From Diplonema japonicum (lineage: Eukaryota; Protista; Euglenozoa: Diplonemea), in NCBI GenBank assembly GCA_964019335.1, contig OZ025746.1, forward strand, positions 186,001-250,000: DNA of 64,000 nt, read 5' to 3'. Below the pieces are notes generated by a model. The model saw only the letters and a list, made by a program, of their open reading frames with translations, did not search any database and had not been told where the DNA came from. Below, piece after piece: positions 35,697 through 47,264 of this stretch. A program made the position numbers and the translations under genes. The stretch's first letter is position 1. Every line of letters starts with the position of its first letter.

Positions 35697-37475
35697 TTAA
35701 GCATCGAAAGTATCACCCTCGTGGAGCTTCAGGTCCAGCCCCTTGCACCTCTGTTTGATCTCCTCAAGCAAGCCCCCTGACCCACAGTAATGAACCTCAG
35801 CACCCTTCGGAGCAGCCTGCAGCACCTCGCCAATGGACAGACGCCCCAACTGCATATCCCTCTTCGGGTGGGACGGGGTGTAGTCAAGAGTGGGCTCCGC
35901 CACCGTCAGGGCAGCATGAACAGTCGTGTTGTGCGCTGGGTTCCTGCACAGCTGGTCCGTGATGAGCTGGAACAGGGGAATCGACCTTGCTGTGTAGTAT
36001 ATCTTCACAGGGTGCACTGGGGTGATGTTGTGCTCACGGAGGTGCATCAGAAACTCGACAAGATATGTCCCTCCTGAACCAGATGCGATCAACACCAAAG
36101 GAGGGTTGACACCAGTGTGTGCCAGCAACCCGTGGGTAGCTCTGTATGGGCCCTGTGACTTCACAGAAGTTGCTGAGATGATCTTCTCTGTTCCTGACGG
36201 CTTCGAGGGGGTGCCTTCAAAAACCTGCATGATGACTGTGTAGTCCCATTCAATATCTTCACTGTCCTCACCGCCCTGCTGATGCAACGAAATGCGGTGC
36301 ATACTAGGCATTGTGTCCTGTCGCACCACTTGGCCGCCTTCTTGGATCTGGAACTTGTGTCCCTCCCACGAGGGTTCCTCTTGTTGCTCCTCCCCGACAC
36401 CCTCCCACTTCTGGCCCTTGTTGGAGAGGACAGTGAAGGGGTGCCCGTTGAACCACCACACGTCGCCGACCAGTGATTCCGCATATGTGTACTTCGGGTT
36501 CCTCTTCAGAAAGACAAGCGTGTACTTCCCGTCGAGCACAACCGTCTTCACGACATCCAGCTCCGCGACCCTGTACAGGTACCTCGAGAGGATCGCGTTC
36601 ACCCCCACCACCACGAACAGAGGCATGTTCAGGACCCATGTGTGTGGGTGGGTCCGCCTCCTTGTGATGTCCACTGTGTACAGGAACCCCATCAGCACGT
36701 GAAGCTTCCACGCCAGTGAATACCTGAACCGCAGAAACACCTTCGACACTGTGATGGGGATCATGATGCAGAACATGATGGTCATCCCAATGAGCCTCCC
36801 GAGGTCGTCCGAATCTATGCACACAGTGTTGTTCGCAGTGTTCATCTCGATGCAGGACTTCGCCTCTGAGATCGGGAACCTGAGCTCCGTCTCGTGAACC
36901 GTCTCAAACTGGAGGGAGTAAGAGGAGAAGAAGACAGGGAAGAGAACGGACCAGACGTGGGGAACGGTTGACAGTGCAAGGGTGATGCCGAGGGCCTTGT
37001 GGATGCGAAGGTTCGCCTCCCTCCAATCCCAAAGAAACACGTATTTCTGAAGAGTTTTGCTCTCCGAGAGGAAGTTGAAGACAACATTCAGAATGGTGAC
37101 GCAGATCCCCATCAGAGCCGTGATGCACAGCCTCCCTGAGATCCTCGCTGTCACATCGTAAAGCTGCACGGTCCAAGGCCCGTCGATGACGTTTCTTTTG
37201 TCTGTTCCGTACCCGTCCTTTCCGAAGGATTCTCGTGGCCAGGAGTTTATCCACAACCTGTCGCACACTGCGATGAGGGTGAACACGATCCATACAACCC
37301 AGAAGAGGGTTTCGTACCTCACCCAGGGTTCCTTCCTGGTAGCTGCGTTGATGGCACAAAGGTCCCTTTCGTTCATTGGCAACGGGAACTCGCGCGAGTT
37401 GCTGAGCTCTAGGTGCGCTTCTGTGGTCGGCTCGTTCTGCTGGATGTCCACCTCAGTTCCATAGGGGTTTGGCAT
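35697..37475 (-). CDS. Ferric reductase/NOX-like flavocytochrome, copy 2
   Basis: Same motifs as copy 1; near-identical DNA outside the variable blocks. Confidence 0.82.
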   Translation of the reverse strand: MPNPYGTEVDIQQNEPTTEAHLELSNSREFPLPMNERDLCAINAATRKEPWVRYETLFWVVWIVFTLIAVCDRLWINSWPRESFGKDGYGTDKRNVIDGPWTVQLYDVTARISGRLCITALMGICVTILNVVFNFLSESKTLQKYVFLWDWREANLRIHKALGITLALSTVPHVWSVLFPVFFSSYSLQFETVHETELRFPISEAKSCIEMNTANNTVCIDSDDLGRLIGMTIMFCIMIPITVSKVFLRFRYSLAWKLHVLMGFLYTVDITRRRTHPHTWVLNMPLFVVVGVNAILSRYLYRVAELDVVKTVVLDGKYTLVFLKRNPKYTYAESLVGDVWWFNGHPFTVLSNKGQKWEGVGEEQQEEPSWEGHKFQIQEGGQVVRQDTMPSMHRISLHQQGGEDSEDIEWDYTVIMQVFEGTPSKPSGTEKIISATSVKSQGPYRATHGLLAHTGVNPPLVLIASGSGGTYLVEFLMHLREHNITPVHPVKIYYTARSIPLFQLITDQLCRNPAHNTTVHAALTVAEPTLDYTPSHPKRDMQLGRLSIGEVLQAAPKGAEVHYCGSGGLLEEIKQRCKGLDLKLHEGDTFDA

Positions 37476-38113
37476 TTTTTTTTTTCTTTTTCTTTTTTTT
37501 TTTTTTTTCCAGGAATCTGTGGGGAGGCTTTCATGAGTGTCAAGTTAGGAGTTAAAAATGAAACAGAGCTGACATAGCTACGCGGTTTCGTCCTTTCCCA
37601 CCGGACCGCGGAACTAACAAGAGGCTTTGTAAAAGGCCTAGGGATTCATCAGCGATGAAGCCGCCTCTCGAGAGTTCAACCATGCGCACCAGATGAAATT
37701 CTCTAGGGGCAGACAAAGCATGAAGAAGAAAAAAAAAGAAAAAAAAAAGTAATCCCTCAGAAGAGGAAAATAAATACTCGCGTGTGTTCGAAGGCTGACG
37801 ACGTTGCGCCTCAAGTAGAGGGGAAGGAGAGGAATAGGCGAATTATTTCTTTGTTTACCTAATAAAAGAGATATCTGTAACGTATAGTATCAGAAGGAAG
37901 GGAAAAAAAAAAAAAAAAAACAATAAAGTTTGGGCACAAAGAATTGCATCGTAGTATTTGTACCTTCGTTTTGTGATTGTATTTGTATACAATGCCAAGT
38001 ACACCCAAGGCAACCCCAGCCTTCAGTTCTCTCGATCTAGGGGGAATATTTTTTTTCCCAGACAAAAATTAAGAGATTTACAGCAAGGTATTGTTAACAG
38101 AGCAATAGAAAGG

Positions 38114-38148
<35 letters not shown>

Positions 38149-38152
38149 CTTA

Positions 38153-38966
38153 TATGAGCTCGTCCGGACGAAAATGTCAACACTTTTTTGGGCACCTCCG
38201 AAAATTTCTTGTTTTGATTATTTGAGCAAAAAAAAAGCATGCAACCATAGGAAGATGACATACATGGTGTACGTGACGCCGTTCTTTCAATTGCGATGCT
38301 TGTTTTGCCATGAGGGTGGCAGGCTTCGCAACCAGCTGCCCCCCGGGAAGCGAAAAAATAGAGGTCAGAAAAACGGCGAAAAATGTTTAAAATGCAAATT
38401 TTGTTGCTTAAAATGCAGCATCTAGGGTGCATAAAATTGGTGTTCAAGCGCACTTGTGACCCCTGGGTACAACCCAGGGTCGGGTTACTGTTAAAAGTAC
38501 TTAGCGAAAAATATATGGCGCCGCATAGCCCCCGAAAATCCGGTTTTTTACACCCTATTTTTTGGCTCTTTTTCAGAAAAACCAATTCTTAACACTTGCC
38601 TGCTCATGCAGAGCTTGGTCTCCAAGGGGTCAAACTTTCTAATTCTCTACCCATCTGATGAGGCTTTTCCTTTTCTTTTGCACTCATAATACTTTGAAAG
38701 TGAAATTTCTGCTTTTTTAAGGGGTTTTAAAGGGATTTTAGCCTCAAATAGGCGAATAACGAAAAATAAAAAAAAATGGAGTCTGGGTTATTTGTAACTT
38801 CCAAATTGAATCGTTTGCCAACGAACCATTCTAAAAAACATGTTTTTGCACGTGCGTTTTAAAAATAAAACAAACGGCGAGCATTTTGACCTATATGGTG
38901 TTCAAGCTTAGACTGCATTTCTGCACACAAAGTGGTGTCGGACATTCTTTTCCGGACGAGCTCATA
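38153..38966. mobile_element. Non-autonomous TIR DNA transposon (MITE) flanked by TA
   Basis: Left TATGAGCTCGTCCGGACGAAAATGTC; right end reverse-complemented TATGAGCTCGTCCGGAAAAGAATGTC; TA at 38151-38152 and 38967-38968; no transposase ORF. Confidence 0.78.
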
Positions 38967-39588
38967 TATAAAAAAAAATAGAATAGATAGAGGCCAGTGT
39001 TTGGCGCTCTACCCTGCTCCACCTGTATTGTGTGCACGAACGATATTTTACCTAATAAGATAACTCAGTGCACTGCCATCTAAGCAACACTCGTGAACTA
39101 CAAAAAAGGGAGGTGTGGGAACCTAGAACCGAAGCAGTCAGTGTACAGTTCCCCTTTGACAAACCAGAAAAAAAAAAGGGGGGATGGGAGGGGGAGGGGG
39201 TTCGTGTTCGCACAAAATAGAAAGATATAGATTTTTTTCTTCTTCCTTTTTTCTCCAAAAGGAGAAAAAAAAAAAGGAAAAAGAAAAAGAAAACTTACCC
39301 CGAGTTCAGTGTAGCCCCCTACACTCATACCATGCCTTTATCACGATTTTCTTTTTTTTTTTTTTTGGCAGACTGATTAGGTAAGGGGACCAGACGGGTT
39401 TTAGAGATATGGGCGCAGAAATGAAGATTCGCAAAAAATAAATAATTGTTCGCACCAGTAATTGTTCACGCTCGCAACAGTCTAAACCGGTTAGGGGGTG
39501 AACAATCCAACCCTTAGACAATTTTGCTTTTCTAGGTTAGGAAGAGTCGACATCGAAGGATCAAAAAGCAACGCACCATGTGGCCACC

Positions 39589-41346
39589 TCACGACTGGAA
39601 CGAGCTTGCTCCATAAAGCTCTAAGTCCAGCCCCTTGCACCTCTGTTTGATCTCCTCAAGCAAGCCCCCTGACCCACAGTAATGAACCTCAGCACCCTTC
39701 GGAGCAGCCTGCAGCACCTCGCCAATGGACAGACGCCCCAACTGCATATCCCTCTTCGGGTGGGACGGGGTGTAGTCAAGAGTGGGCTCCGCCACCGTCA
39801 GGGCAGCATGAACAGTCGTGTTGTGCGCTGGGTTCCTGCACAGCTGGTCCGTGATGAGCTGGAACAGGGGAATCGACCTTGCTGTGTAGTATATCTTCAC
39901 AGGGTGCACTGGGGTGATGTTGTGCTCACGGAGGTGCATCAGGAAATCAACAAGATATGTCCCTCCTGAACCAGATGCGATCAACACCAAAGGAGGGTGG
40001 GGGGCAGGGCGTGCCAGCAACCCGTGGGTAGCTCTGTATGGGCCCTGTGACTTCACAGAGGTTGCTGAGATGATCTTCTCTGTTCCTGACGGCTTCGAGG
40101 GAGTGCCTTCGAAGACCTGCATGATGACTGTGTAGTCCCACTCCATGTCTTCTGTACCTCCCCGGAGCTTCAGAGGCGGGCTACACTCATCCATGTATAG
40201 GCTTTCTTTTCTTACAAGCTTACCACCATCATGGATCTGGAACTTGTGTCCCTCCCACGAGGGTTCTTTCTGCTGCTCCTCCCCGATACCTTCCCACACC
40301 TGGCCCTTGTTGGAGAGGACAGTGAAGGGGTGCCCGTTGAACCACCACACGTCGCCGACCAGTGATTCCGCATATGTGTACTTCGGGTTCCTCTTCAGAA
40401 AGACAAGCGTGTACTTCCCGTCGAGCACAACCGTCTTCACGACATCCAGCTCCGCGACCCTGTACAGGTACCTCGAGAGGATCGCGTTCACCCCCACCAC
40501 CACGAACAGAGGCATGTTCAGGACCCATGTGTGTGGGTGGGTCCGCCTCCTTGTGATGTCCACTGTGTACAGGAACCCCATCAGCACGTGAAGCTTCCAC
40601 GCCAGTGAATACCTGAACCGCAGAAACACCTTCGACACTGTGATGGGGATCATGATGCAGAACATGATGGTCATCCCAATGAGCCTCCCGAGGTCGTCCG
40701 AATCTATGCACACAGTGTTGTTCGCAGTGTTCATCTCGATGCAGGACTTCGCCTCTGAGATCGGGAACCTGAGCTCCGTCTCGTGAACCGTCTCAAACTG
40801 GAGGGAGTAAGAGGAGAAGAAGACAGGGAAGAGAACGGACCAGACGTGGGGAACGGTTGACAGTGCAAGGGTGATGCCGAGGGCCTTGTGGATGCGAAGG
40901 TTCGCCTCCCTCCAATCCCAAAGAAACACGTATTTCTGAAGAGTTTTGCTCTCCGAGAGGAAGTTGAAGACAACATTCAGAATGGTGACGCAGATCCCCA
41001 TCAGAGCCGTGATGCACAGCCTCCCTGAGATCCTTGCTGTCACATCGTAAAGCTGCACGGTCCAAGGCCCGTCGATGACGTTTCTTTTGTCTGTTCCGTA
41101 CCCGTCCTTTCCGAAGGATTCTCGTGGCCAGGAGTTTATCCACAACCTGTCGCACACTGCGATGAGGGTGAACACGATCCATACAACCCAGAAGAGGGTT
41201 TCGTACCTCACCCAGGGACCTTTGTTCTCCTTGCCGCTCACTGGGACGGGTGCAACTTCCACCACAAATCCATGAGGGGCTGAGTACAAGGAAGTACTCC
41301 ATTCTGAATGCGCATTGACCTGTTCATCGGGTGTTTCCTCAGCCAT
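39589..41346 (-). CDS. Ferric reductase/NOX-like flavocytochrome, copy 3
   Basis: Same core; unique N-terminus (MAEETPDE) and C-terminus (LYGASSFQS). Confidence 0.82.
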   Translation of the reverse strand: MAEETPDEQVNAHSEWSTSLYSAPHGFVVEVAPVPVSGKENKGPWVRYETLFWVVWIVFTLIAVCDRLWINSWPRESFGKDGYGTDKRNVIDGPWTVQLYDVTARISGRLCITALMGICVTILNVVFNFLSESKTLQKYVFLWDWREANLRIHKALGITLALSTVPHVWSVLFPVFFSSYSLQFETVHETELRFPISEAKSCIEMNTANNTVCIDSDDLGRLIGMTIMFCIMIPITVSKVFLRFRYSLAWKLHVLMGFLYTVDITRRRTHPHTWVLNMPLFVVVGVNAILSRYLYRVAELDVVKTVVLDGKYTLVFLKRNPKYTYAESLVGDVWWFNGHPFTVLSNKGQVWEGIGEEQQKEPSWEGHKFQIHDGGKLVRKESLYMDECSPPLKLRGGTEDMEWDYTVIMQVFEGTPSKPSGTEKIISATSVKSQGPYRATHGLLARPAPHPPLVLIASGSGGTYLVDFLMHLREHNITPVHPVKIYYTARSIPLFQLITDQLCRNPAHNTTVHAALTVAEPTLDYTPSHPKRDMQLGRLSIGEVLQAAPKGAEVHYCGSGGLLEEIKQRCKGLDLELYGASSFQS

Positions 41347-42871
41347 TTCTCTGTGGTTTCCACCCCCTGCCACCCCCTGTTTTTTTTAAAGAAAAAATCG
41401 AGAAAACTGTAAATTGGAACAGAAAAGAAAAAAAAAAAAAAGAAAAAAAAGAGAGATCAGAGGGAATAACATTTTTTTCCCCCCCCTTTCTTCTTTTGTA
41501 AAAAAGAAAAAAAAAAGAGAAGATTCTCTCTTTTTTTTTCCCTTTATTTCTTCTTTTTTGAAAGGAAGGTCAAGGTCTCTGCTTTTTTTTTTTTTTAAAA
41601 CTCCTGTAGGACTTCGCCCTCTTGGATCCTTCCCGGGTTTTTCTTCAAAATGAGAATTTTGGGTTCTTTAAAAAATTAGGAAATCTCCTAAGAGGTAACT
41701 GGAGAACCGACCGCTAAAAACTCCGGCCTTCTCTGGCCGTATAATCACCACCGAGAAGTAACAAAGAACTGACCACAATAAAAAAAAAAAATGCTTCATC
41801 GTTTTCTTTTTGTTTTATTTCTTCTTTTTCTTTTTTCCAGGATTCATTTTACAAATAAAGAGAATAATAATTTTAAAAAAAAAATAAAAAAAACACCAAA
41901 CAAAAGAAAATCGAAAAACAGAGAATAAAAAAAATTCACTATGATGGGAGGAGGGGAGGGGGAGAGAAGTGCTAGCAACCAGCCCCCCTTACCCAAGATG
42001 TGTCTCTTTGTTTTTTTTTGTTTTTTTTTGTTTTTTTACAGATTTTCTCATAGTGTTTTTTTTTTTTTTTTTTTTGTTTTTCTTTTTTTTTTTTGCCAAA
42101 TAATAATAATAAAAGGAAATAAAATCAAGAGGTTACCCCCTTGGTGTTCGGTTTTTTGTTCCCCCCCCCCCCCCCGGTTTTTTTTTGATCATCATGAAGG
42201 GACGAGGGATTTTAGTTGGAAAGAACAAAACAAAAAAGGCTGTGGGGTTTCGTCAATCCAACTAGACCGGAAAGGCCAGGGCCATGTGTGCCCCGAGAGA
42301 GAGAGAAAAACAAAAAAAACAAAAATATATATGAGTTAAAGGAGGCCGGTGTTGGCGGCGCCCTGCACAAGAACTGTCTACTTGATTACAGGGGGCGCAC
42401 CGCGGCCGAGTTGTAGCTTCTTCTGCGTTCCGCGTCGTGTCCTTAATGCGTGCGGTGTACAGCTCAACCCCAGCCGGTGCGTCCCGGGTAACCAAGATTC
42501 TGCGCTCGTGCAGTTCGTCACCCTGAGCATCTGCATGATGTTCTTCCACTCGGGCGCTACCGGTGATGACCGACGAGGAGGTCAACAGCGAACAACACAT
42601 CTGATGTCTTTCTTATATTTTCATGTTATCCCCACCACCTAAACAAAAAGAAAACAGAAAAATTACCTCCCAGACCGAGAGAGTTTTTTTTTTTTTTTTT
42701 TTTGACCAATCGGTCTATGTCTCTTGGAGACTGTGACATCGTGTCAAAAAAAAAAAAAAAAAAAAAAAAAAAGAGAGAGAGAGGACAAGATAGATGACTC
42801 AATAACAGGCCACGGTAGCACCTTAGGTGGTGGACAACGGAATGGCCGAGGAACACAACATTTTTTTTTCC

Positions 42872-42917
<46 letters not shown>

Positions 42918-43030
42918 CAAGACTGAAAGTAATCGCCTTCCAAGAAGCTCAAGTTTAGTTCGCCACACTTTACGCTTGATATCCTCAAGCAAACCCTTTA
43001 ACGATCCTTACTGGATCAAATTGACTAGGC

Positions 43031-44821
43031 TTAAGCATCGAAAGTATCACCCTCGTGGAGCTTCAGGTCCAGCCCCTTGCACTTCTGTTTGATCTCCTCA
43101 AGCAAGCCCCCTGACCCACAGTAATGAACCTCAGCACCCTTCGGAGCAGCCTGCAGCACCTCGCCAATGGACAGACGCCCCAACTGCATATCCCTCTTCG
43201 GGTGGGACGGGGTGTAGTCAAGAGTGGGCTCCGCCACCGTCAGGGCAGCATGAACAGTCGTGTTGTGCGCTGGGTTCCTGCACAGCTGGTCCGTGATGAG
43301 CTGGAACAGGGGAATCGACCTTGCTGTGTAGTATATCTTCACAGGGTGCACTGGGGTGATGTTGTGCTCACGGAGGTGCATCAGGAAATCAACAAGATAT
43401 GTCCCTCCTGAACCAGATGCGATCAACACCAAAGGAGGGTTGACACCAGTGTGTGCCAGCAACCCGTGGGTAGCTCTGTATGGGCCCTGTGACTTCACAG
43501 AGGTTGCTGAGATGATCTTCTCTGTTCCTGACGGCTTCGAGGGGGTGCCTTCAAAAACCTGCATGATGACTGTGTAGTCCCATTCAGTTTCTTCTTCTTC
43601 CACTTTTGCTTCTTCCTCCATCCACCCCCTCAGGGGCTTGAACTCGTCCTCTGCAAGGTACACGGTCTCCATCCGCACCACCTTACCATCATCATGGATC
43701 TGGAACTTGTGTCCCTCCCACGAGGGTTCTTTCTGCTGCTCCTCCCCGATACCTTCCCACACCTGGCCCTTGTTGGAGAGGACAGTGAAGGGGTGCCCGT
43801 TGAACCACCACACGTCGCCGACCAGTGATTCCGCATATGTGTACTTCGGGTTCCTCTTCAGAAAGACAAGCGTGTACTTCCCGTCGAGCACAACCGTCTT
43901 CACGACATCCAGCTCCGCGACCCTGTACAGGTACCTCGAGAGGATCGCGTTCACCCCCACCACCACGAACAGAGGCATGTTCAGGACCCATGTGTGTGGG
44001 TGGGTCCGCCTCCTTGTGATGTCCACTGTGTACAGGAACCCCATCAGCACGTGAAGCTTCCACGCCAGTGAATACCTGAATCTCCGAAAGGTTTTCGACA
44101 CTGTGATGGGGATCACGATGCAGAACATGATGGTCATCCCAATGAGCCTCCCGAGGTCGTCCGAGTTGATGCACACAGTGTTGTTCGCAGTGTCCATCTC
44201 GGTGCAGGGCTTTGTCTCTGACAAAGGGATTCGTGCCTCTGTATCATGAACAGTAAGAAACCGGAGGGAGTAAGAGGAAAAGAAGGCAGGGAAGAGAACG
44301 GACCAGACGTGGGGAACGGTTGACAGTGCAAGGGTGATGCCGAGGGCCTTGTGGATGCGAAGGTTCGCCTCCTTCCAATCCCAAAGAAACACGTATTTCT
44401 GAAGAGTTTTGCTCTCCGAGAGGAAGTTGAAGACAACATTCAGAATGGTGACGCAGATCCCCATCAGAGCCGTGATGCACAGCCTCCCTGAGATCCTTGC
44501 TGTCACATCGTAAAGCTGCACGGTCCAAGGCCCGTCGATGACGTTTCTTTTGTCTGTTCCGTACCCGTCCTTTCCGAAGGATTCTCGTGGCCAGGAGTTT
44601 ATCCACAACCTGTCGCACACTGCGATGAGGGTGAACACGATCCATACAACCCAGAAGAGGGTTTCGTACCTCACCCAGGGCATTCTTGTTTCCCCGTCGC
44701 CTCCTGGACCGAATGCAAGATCTGGTGGCCCATCCCCTGCAGAGCTGCTGAACTCGTAGTAAATTTCGTCATCATTGTTCATGGAGTGCAGCTCAACCTC
44801 AACATCGGTGGGGTCGGACAT
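43031..44821 (-). CDS. Ferric reductase/NOX-like flavocytochrome, copy 4
   Basis: Same core; unique N-terminus (MSDPTDVE). Confidence 0.82.
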   Translation of the reverse strand: MSDPTDVEVELHSMNNDDEIYYEFSSSAGDGPPDLAFGPGGDGETRMPWVRYETLFWVVWIVFTLIAVCDRLWINSWPRESFGKDGYGTDKRNVIDGPWTVQLYDVTARISGRLCITALMGICVTILNVVFNFLSESKTLQKYVFLWDWKEANLRIHKALGITLALSTVPHVWSVLFPAFFSSYSLRFLTVHDTEARIPLSETKPCTEMDTANNTVCINSDDLGRLIGMTIMFCIVIPITVSKTFRRFRYSLAWKLHVLMGFLYTVDITRRRTHPHTWVLNMPLFVVVGVNAILSRYLYRVAELDVVKTVVLDGKYTLVFLKRNPKYTYAESLVGDVWWFNGHPFTVLSNKGQVWEGIGEEQQKEPSWEGHKFQIHDDGKVVRMETVYLAEDEFKPLRGWMEEEAKVEEEETEWDYTVIMQVFEGTPSKPSGTEKIISATSVKSQGPYRATHGLLAHTGVNPPLVLIASGSGGTYLVDFLMHLREHNITPVHPVKIYYTARSIPLFQLITDQLCRNPAHNTTVHAALTVAEPTLDYTPSHPKRDMQLGRLSIGEVLQAAPKGAEVHYCGSGGLLEEIKQKCKGLDLKLHEGDTFDA

Positions 44822-44903
44822 AGTTTGCACCCCTCCCCCTCCTCCCACCTTGTAAAAATTATTGGAGGAGGGGAAAAAAAAAGAGGGGGGGGAAAAAAAA
44901 AAC

Positions 44904-45476
44904 TTAAATGTCTAGTATCTCTTTTGATTCCTTCAGGAAGTTTTTATACCCTTCACTTTCGAGCTCGTCGGCACGCGATTTTCCTTTCATGAACATTGAT
45001 AAATCAACTCCCAGTTCGCTCAGTTTTTTCTCGATGAATTTTTTTTCGGGTTCCGCGGGGTGTTTCGTGTAGGCCATGTACTGTGCCTCGTTTCTGTTTT
45101 GAATGGCTTCTGAGATAGGTGAGAACGTGGACAGTGTGTAAGTGGTGGTGGAGGGATGGTAATGGAAGTGGAAATGCATGTTTTTTCGCTTAACTAGGAC
45201 GGGGATGTCGGAATATGTCCAGTGGCTTTCAGAGATTCCTTTTGGTTCCCTTACGGAACCACATATGTCCCATGTCATTTCTAAGTCGAGTCCTACTCGT
45301 TTAAAGGTTAGTCTCCCCCCCTCGGCGACCTCCTCCCATTCTTTTCCGATTTTAACCATCCCGCTTTTTGGAGGCGAATCGTCGGTGGCCTCTGATATCT
45401 CCTTTTCTAGTATTTTCACCAGGTTCTCCCTTGAAGAGGTTTTACATGTTCGGCGAAATGTTCGTCTGAGCAACAT
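44904..45476 (-). CDS. Mitochondrial MAM33/p32(C1QBP)-like protein
   Basis: MLLRR presequence; LVKILEKEI helix; C-terminal FIEKKLSELGVD...ELESEGYKNFLKESKEIL resembles the MAM33 pattern L.ERGID...KE..EY..WL. Confidence 0.55.
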   Translation of the reverse strand: MLLRRTFRRTCKTSSRENLVKILEKEISEATDDSPPKSGMVKIGKEWEEVAEGGRLTFKRVGLDLEMTWDICGSVREPKGISESHWTYSDIPVLVKRKNMHFHFHYHPSTTTYTLSTFSPISEAIQNRNEAQYMAYTKHPAEPEKKFIEKKLSELGVDLSMFMKGKSRADELESEGYKNFLKESKEILDI

Positions 45477-45506
45477 TTTTTTTTTTTGTTGGTTTTCTCT
45501 TTTTTT

Positions 45507-45539
<33 letters not shown>

Positions 45540-45907
45540 AAGACAATACAAAAATAAGGAAGAAAGAAGAAGAAGAAGAAGAAGAAAAAAAAAAAAAAGA
45601 GAGGGAGGCAAGGCAAAACGTTTTTCTCACGAAATAGCAGTGTTTTTTTTTTTTTTTTTTACACACACAGAAGAAAAAAAAAAAACAAAAACGAAAGAAA
45701 AATTCGCTCGGGTAAAAAAAATATATATATAAAAATATATTCATCTCAGGGGGAATGTCAAAAAAAAAAAGTTTTTTTTTCTCTTTTTTTTCTGCACGTC
45801 GGAAGACAGCTTCCCCACATCGAGAAATATAATAATAATATCCGGCTTCGCACAAGTAAACAATCAGCCGACTCTTTCAAAAAAAAAAAAAAAAAAACCT
45901 ACCCTCC

Positions 45908-46972
45908 TCACACGTCGATCACAGAGTACACAATCCTGCAGCTATTGCCAAGCGTGTTTAAACATTGGGGGCCGGTGGTCTCCCACAGAAGCCCGATGGA
46001 CGTCGGGCTCAAAAGCTCCGCCGGGGACGAATAAGCAAAAGCTCCGCTGTTGACAACCACCTCACCCTCCCACCGCACCACCCCGGGCGACACCTCTCTC
46101 CCGAGCCGAAGCGTCCCCGTGGTGCGATTTTCAGAATCTGCATCGTTTGAAAAGAGAATTCTACTGTCAGACAGAGTAATCAACGCAGCCTGGTCCATCG
46201 GGTCTATCAACAATTCATCGAATATAGGTTCTGACCATGTCACACCCCCGTCACGAGAGATTGAAGTAGCCCGGCACTTACAAGGTGTAAGGTGAGGATT
46301 TCTTATATTCGCCATAAGTACCCCTGAAGGCAGTTCTGTAACAGCTGCTTCTCCCATACCAATTGTCACATTTGAAGCAGATTGTGACAAGGTATACCCA
46401 GTGTTTTCATCGCCGAACCATAAATTGTCATGGGAATAGTTGCCCACATATCCCATGAAGATGAGGCGGCCTGGGTTGTTCACTTTAGTTTCTATCATAG
46501 GCCCCGGACCCACCGCGGTTTGAGGTAAATATGAAAGTTTTTTCGGTGTCGTCCATGTAGTTCCTTCGTCGGTGGAAATCGCCTCCCAGACACACAGGTT
46601 GAGGTCGCCGTACTGAAGAATTAGAGTTTTCCGTGTTAAGGAGTAAACCGGGGTTGGTTGCAAACCGTGTTTAACGATTGTTCTTAGAGGCGACCATGTT
46701 TTCCCGAGGTCGTTCGAGTGTTTCATGCAGATGTCCCTGTCGGGGTTGGTGCTGTTGCTTGTTTTCGGGTAGCAGCCGTCACCGGTGTATCGCCGGCATT
46801 CCGCGAAGGCGAGGAGCTTGTTGGAAGGGGTTTTCAGCAAAACCGGAATTCTGATACAAGGATACCCCCCTTCCCCCGGAACAAACACCTCTGAAAACTG
46901 AGTTTTTTCCTTTTCTGCTGCAACAGTCGACAACAAGACCGTTATTAAGATTGACGTGGTTGTTTTTATCAT
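45908..46972 (-). CDS. Secreted sialidase/neuraminidase (GH33, BNR repeats)
   Basis: Signal peptide; CIRIP, LLAFAECR; Asp boxes SNDLGKTW, STDEGTTW, SRDGGVTW; AYSS. Confidence 0.88.
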   Translation of the reverse strand: MIKTTTSILITVLLSTVAAEKEKTQFSEVFVPGEGGYPCIRIPVLLKTPSNKLLAFAECRRYTGDGCYPKTSNSTNPDRDICMKHSNDLGKTWSPLRTIVKHGLQPTPVYSLTRKTLILQYGDLNLCVWEAISTDEGTTWTTPKKLSYLPQTAVGPGPMIETKVNNPGRLIFMGYVGNYSHDNLWFGDENTGYTLSQSASNVTIGMGEAAVTELPSGVLMANIRNPHLTPCKCRATSISRDGGVTWSEPIFDELLIDPMDQAALITLSDSRILFSNDADSENRTTGTLRLGREVSPGVVRWEGEVVVNSGAFAYSSPAELLSPTSIGLLWETTGPQCLNTLGNSCRIVYSVIDV

Positions 46973-47227
46973 TTTTTTTTTTGTTCCTTTTTTGTTACTG
47001 CGTGCTCACAAGAAAAAAAAAACTTTTTTTTTTTGACCTTTTCCCGTTGTTTCATATCAAGTCTAAATACGGTATGCAGTTTAGTAGTTCTTTTTTTTTT
47101 TCTTCCTCTTTTTTTTTTTTTTTTTTTTCGGGGTGCCGTGTGGGGGGAAGGATAAGAGAGAGCCAGAAAAAAAGAAGGAGGGAGCAATACAAAAAGAGCG
47201 TGGGGATATGAAAAAATCTGGGGGGAA

Positions 47228-47264
<37 letters not shown>

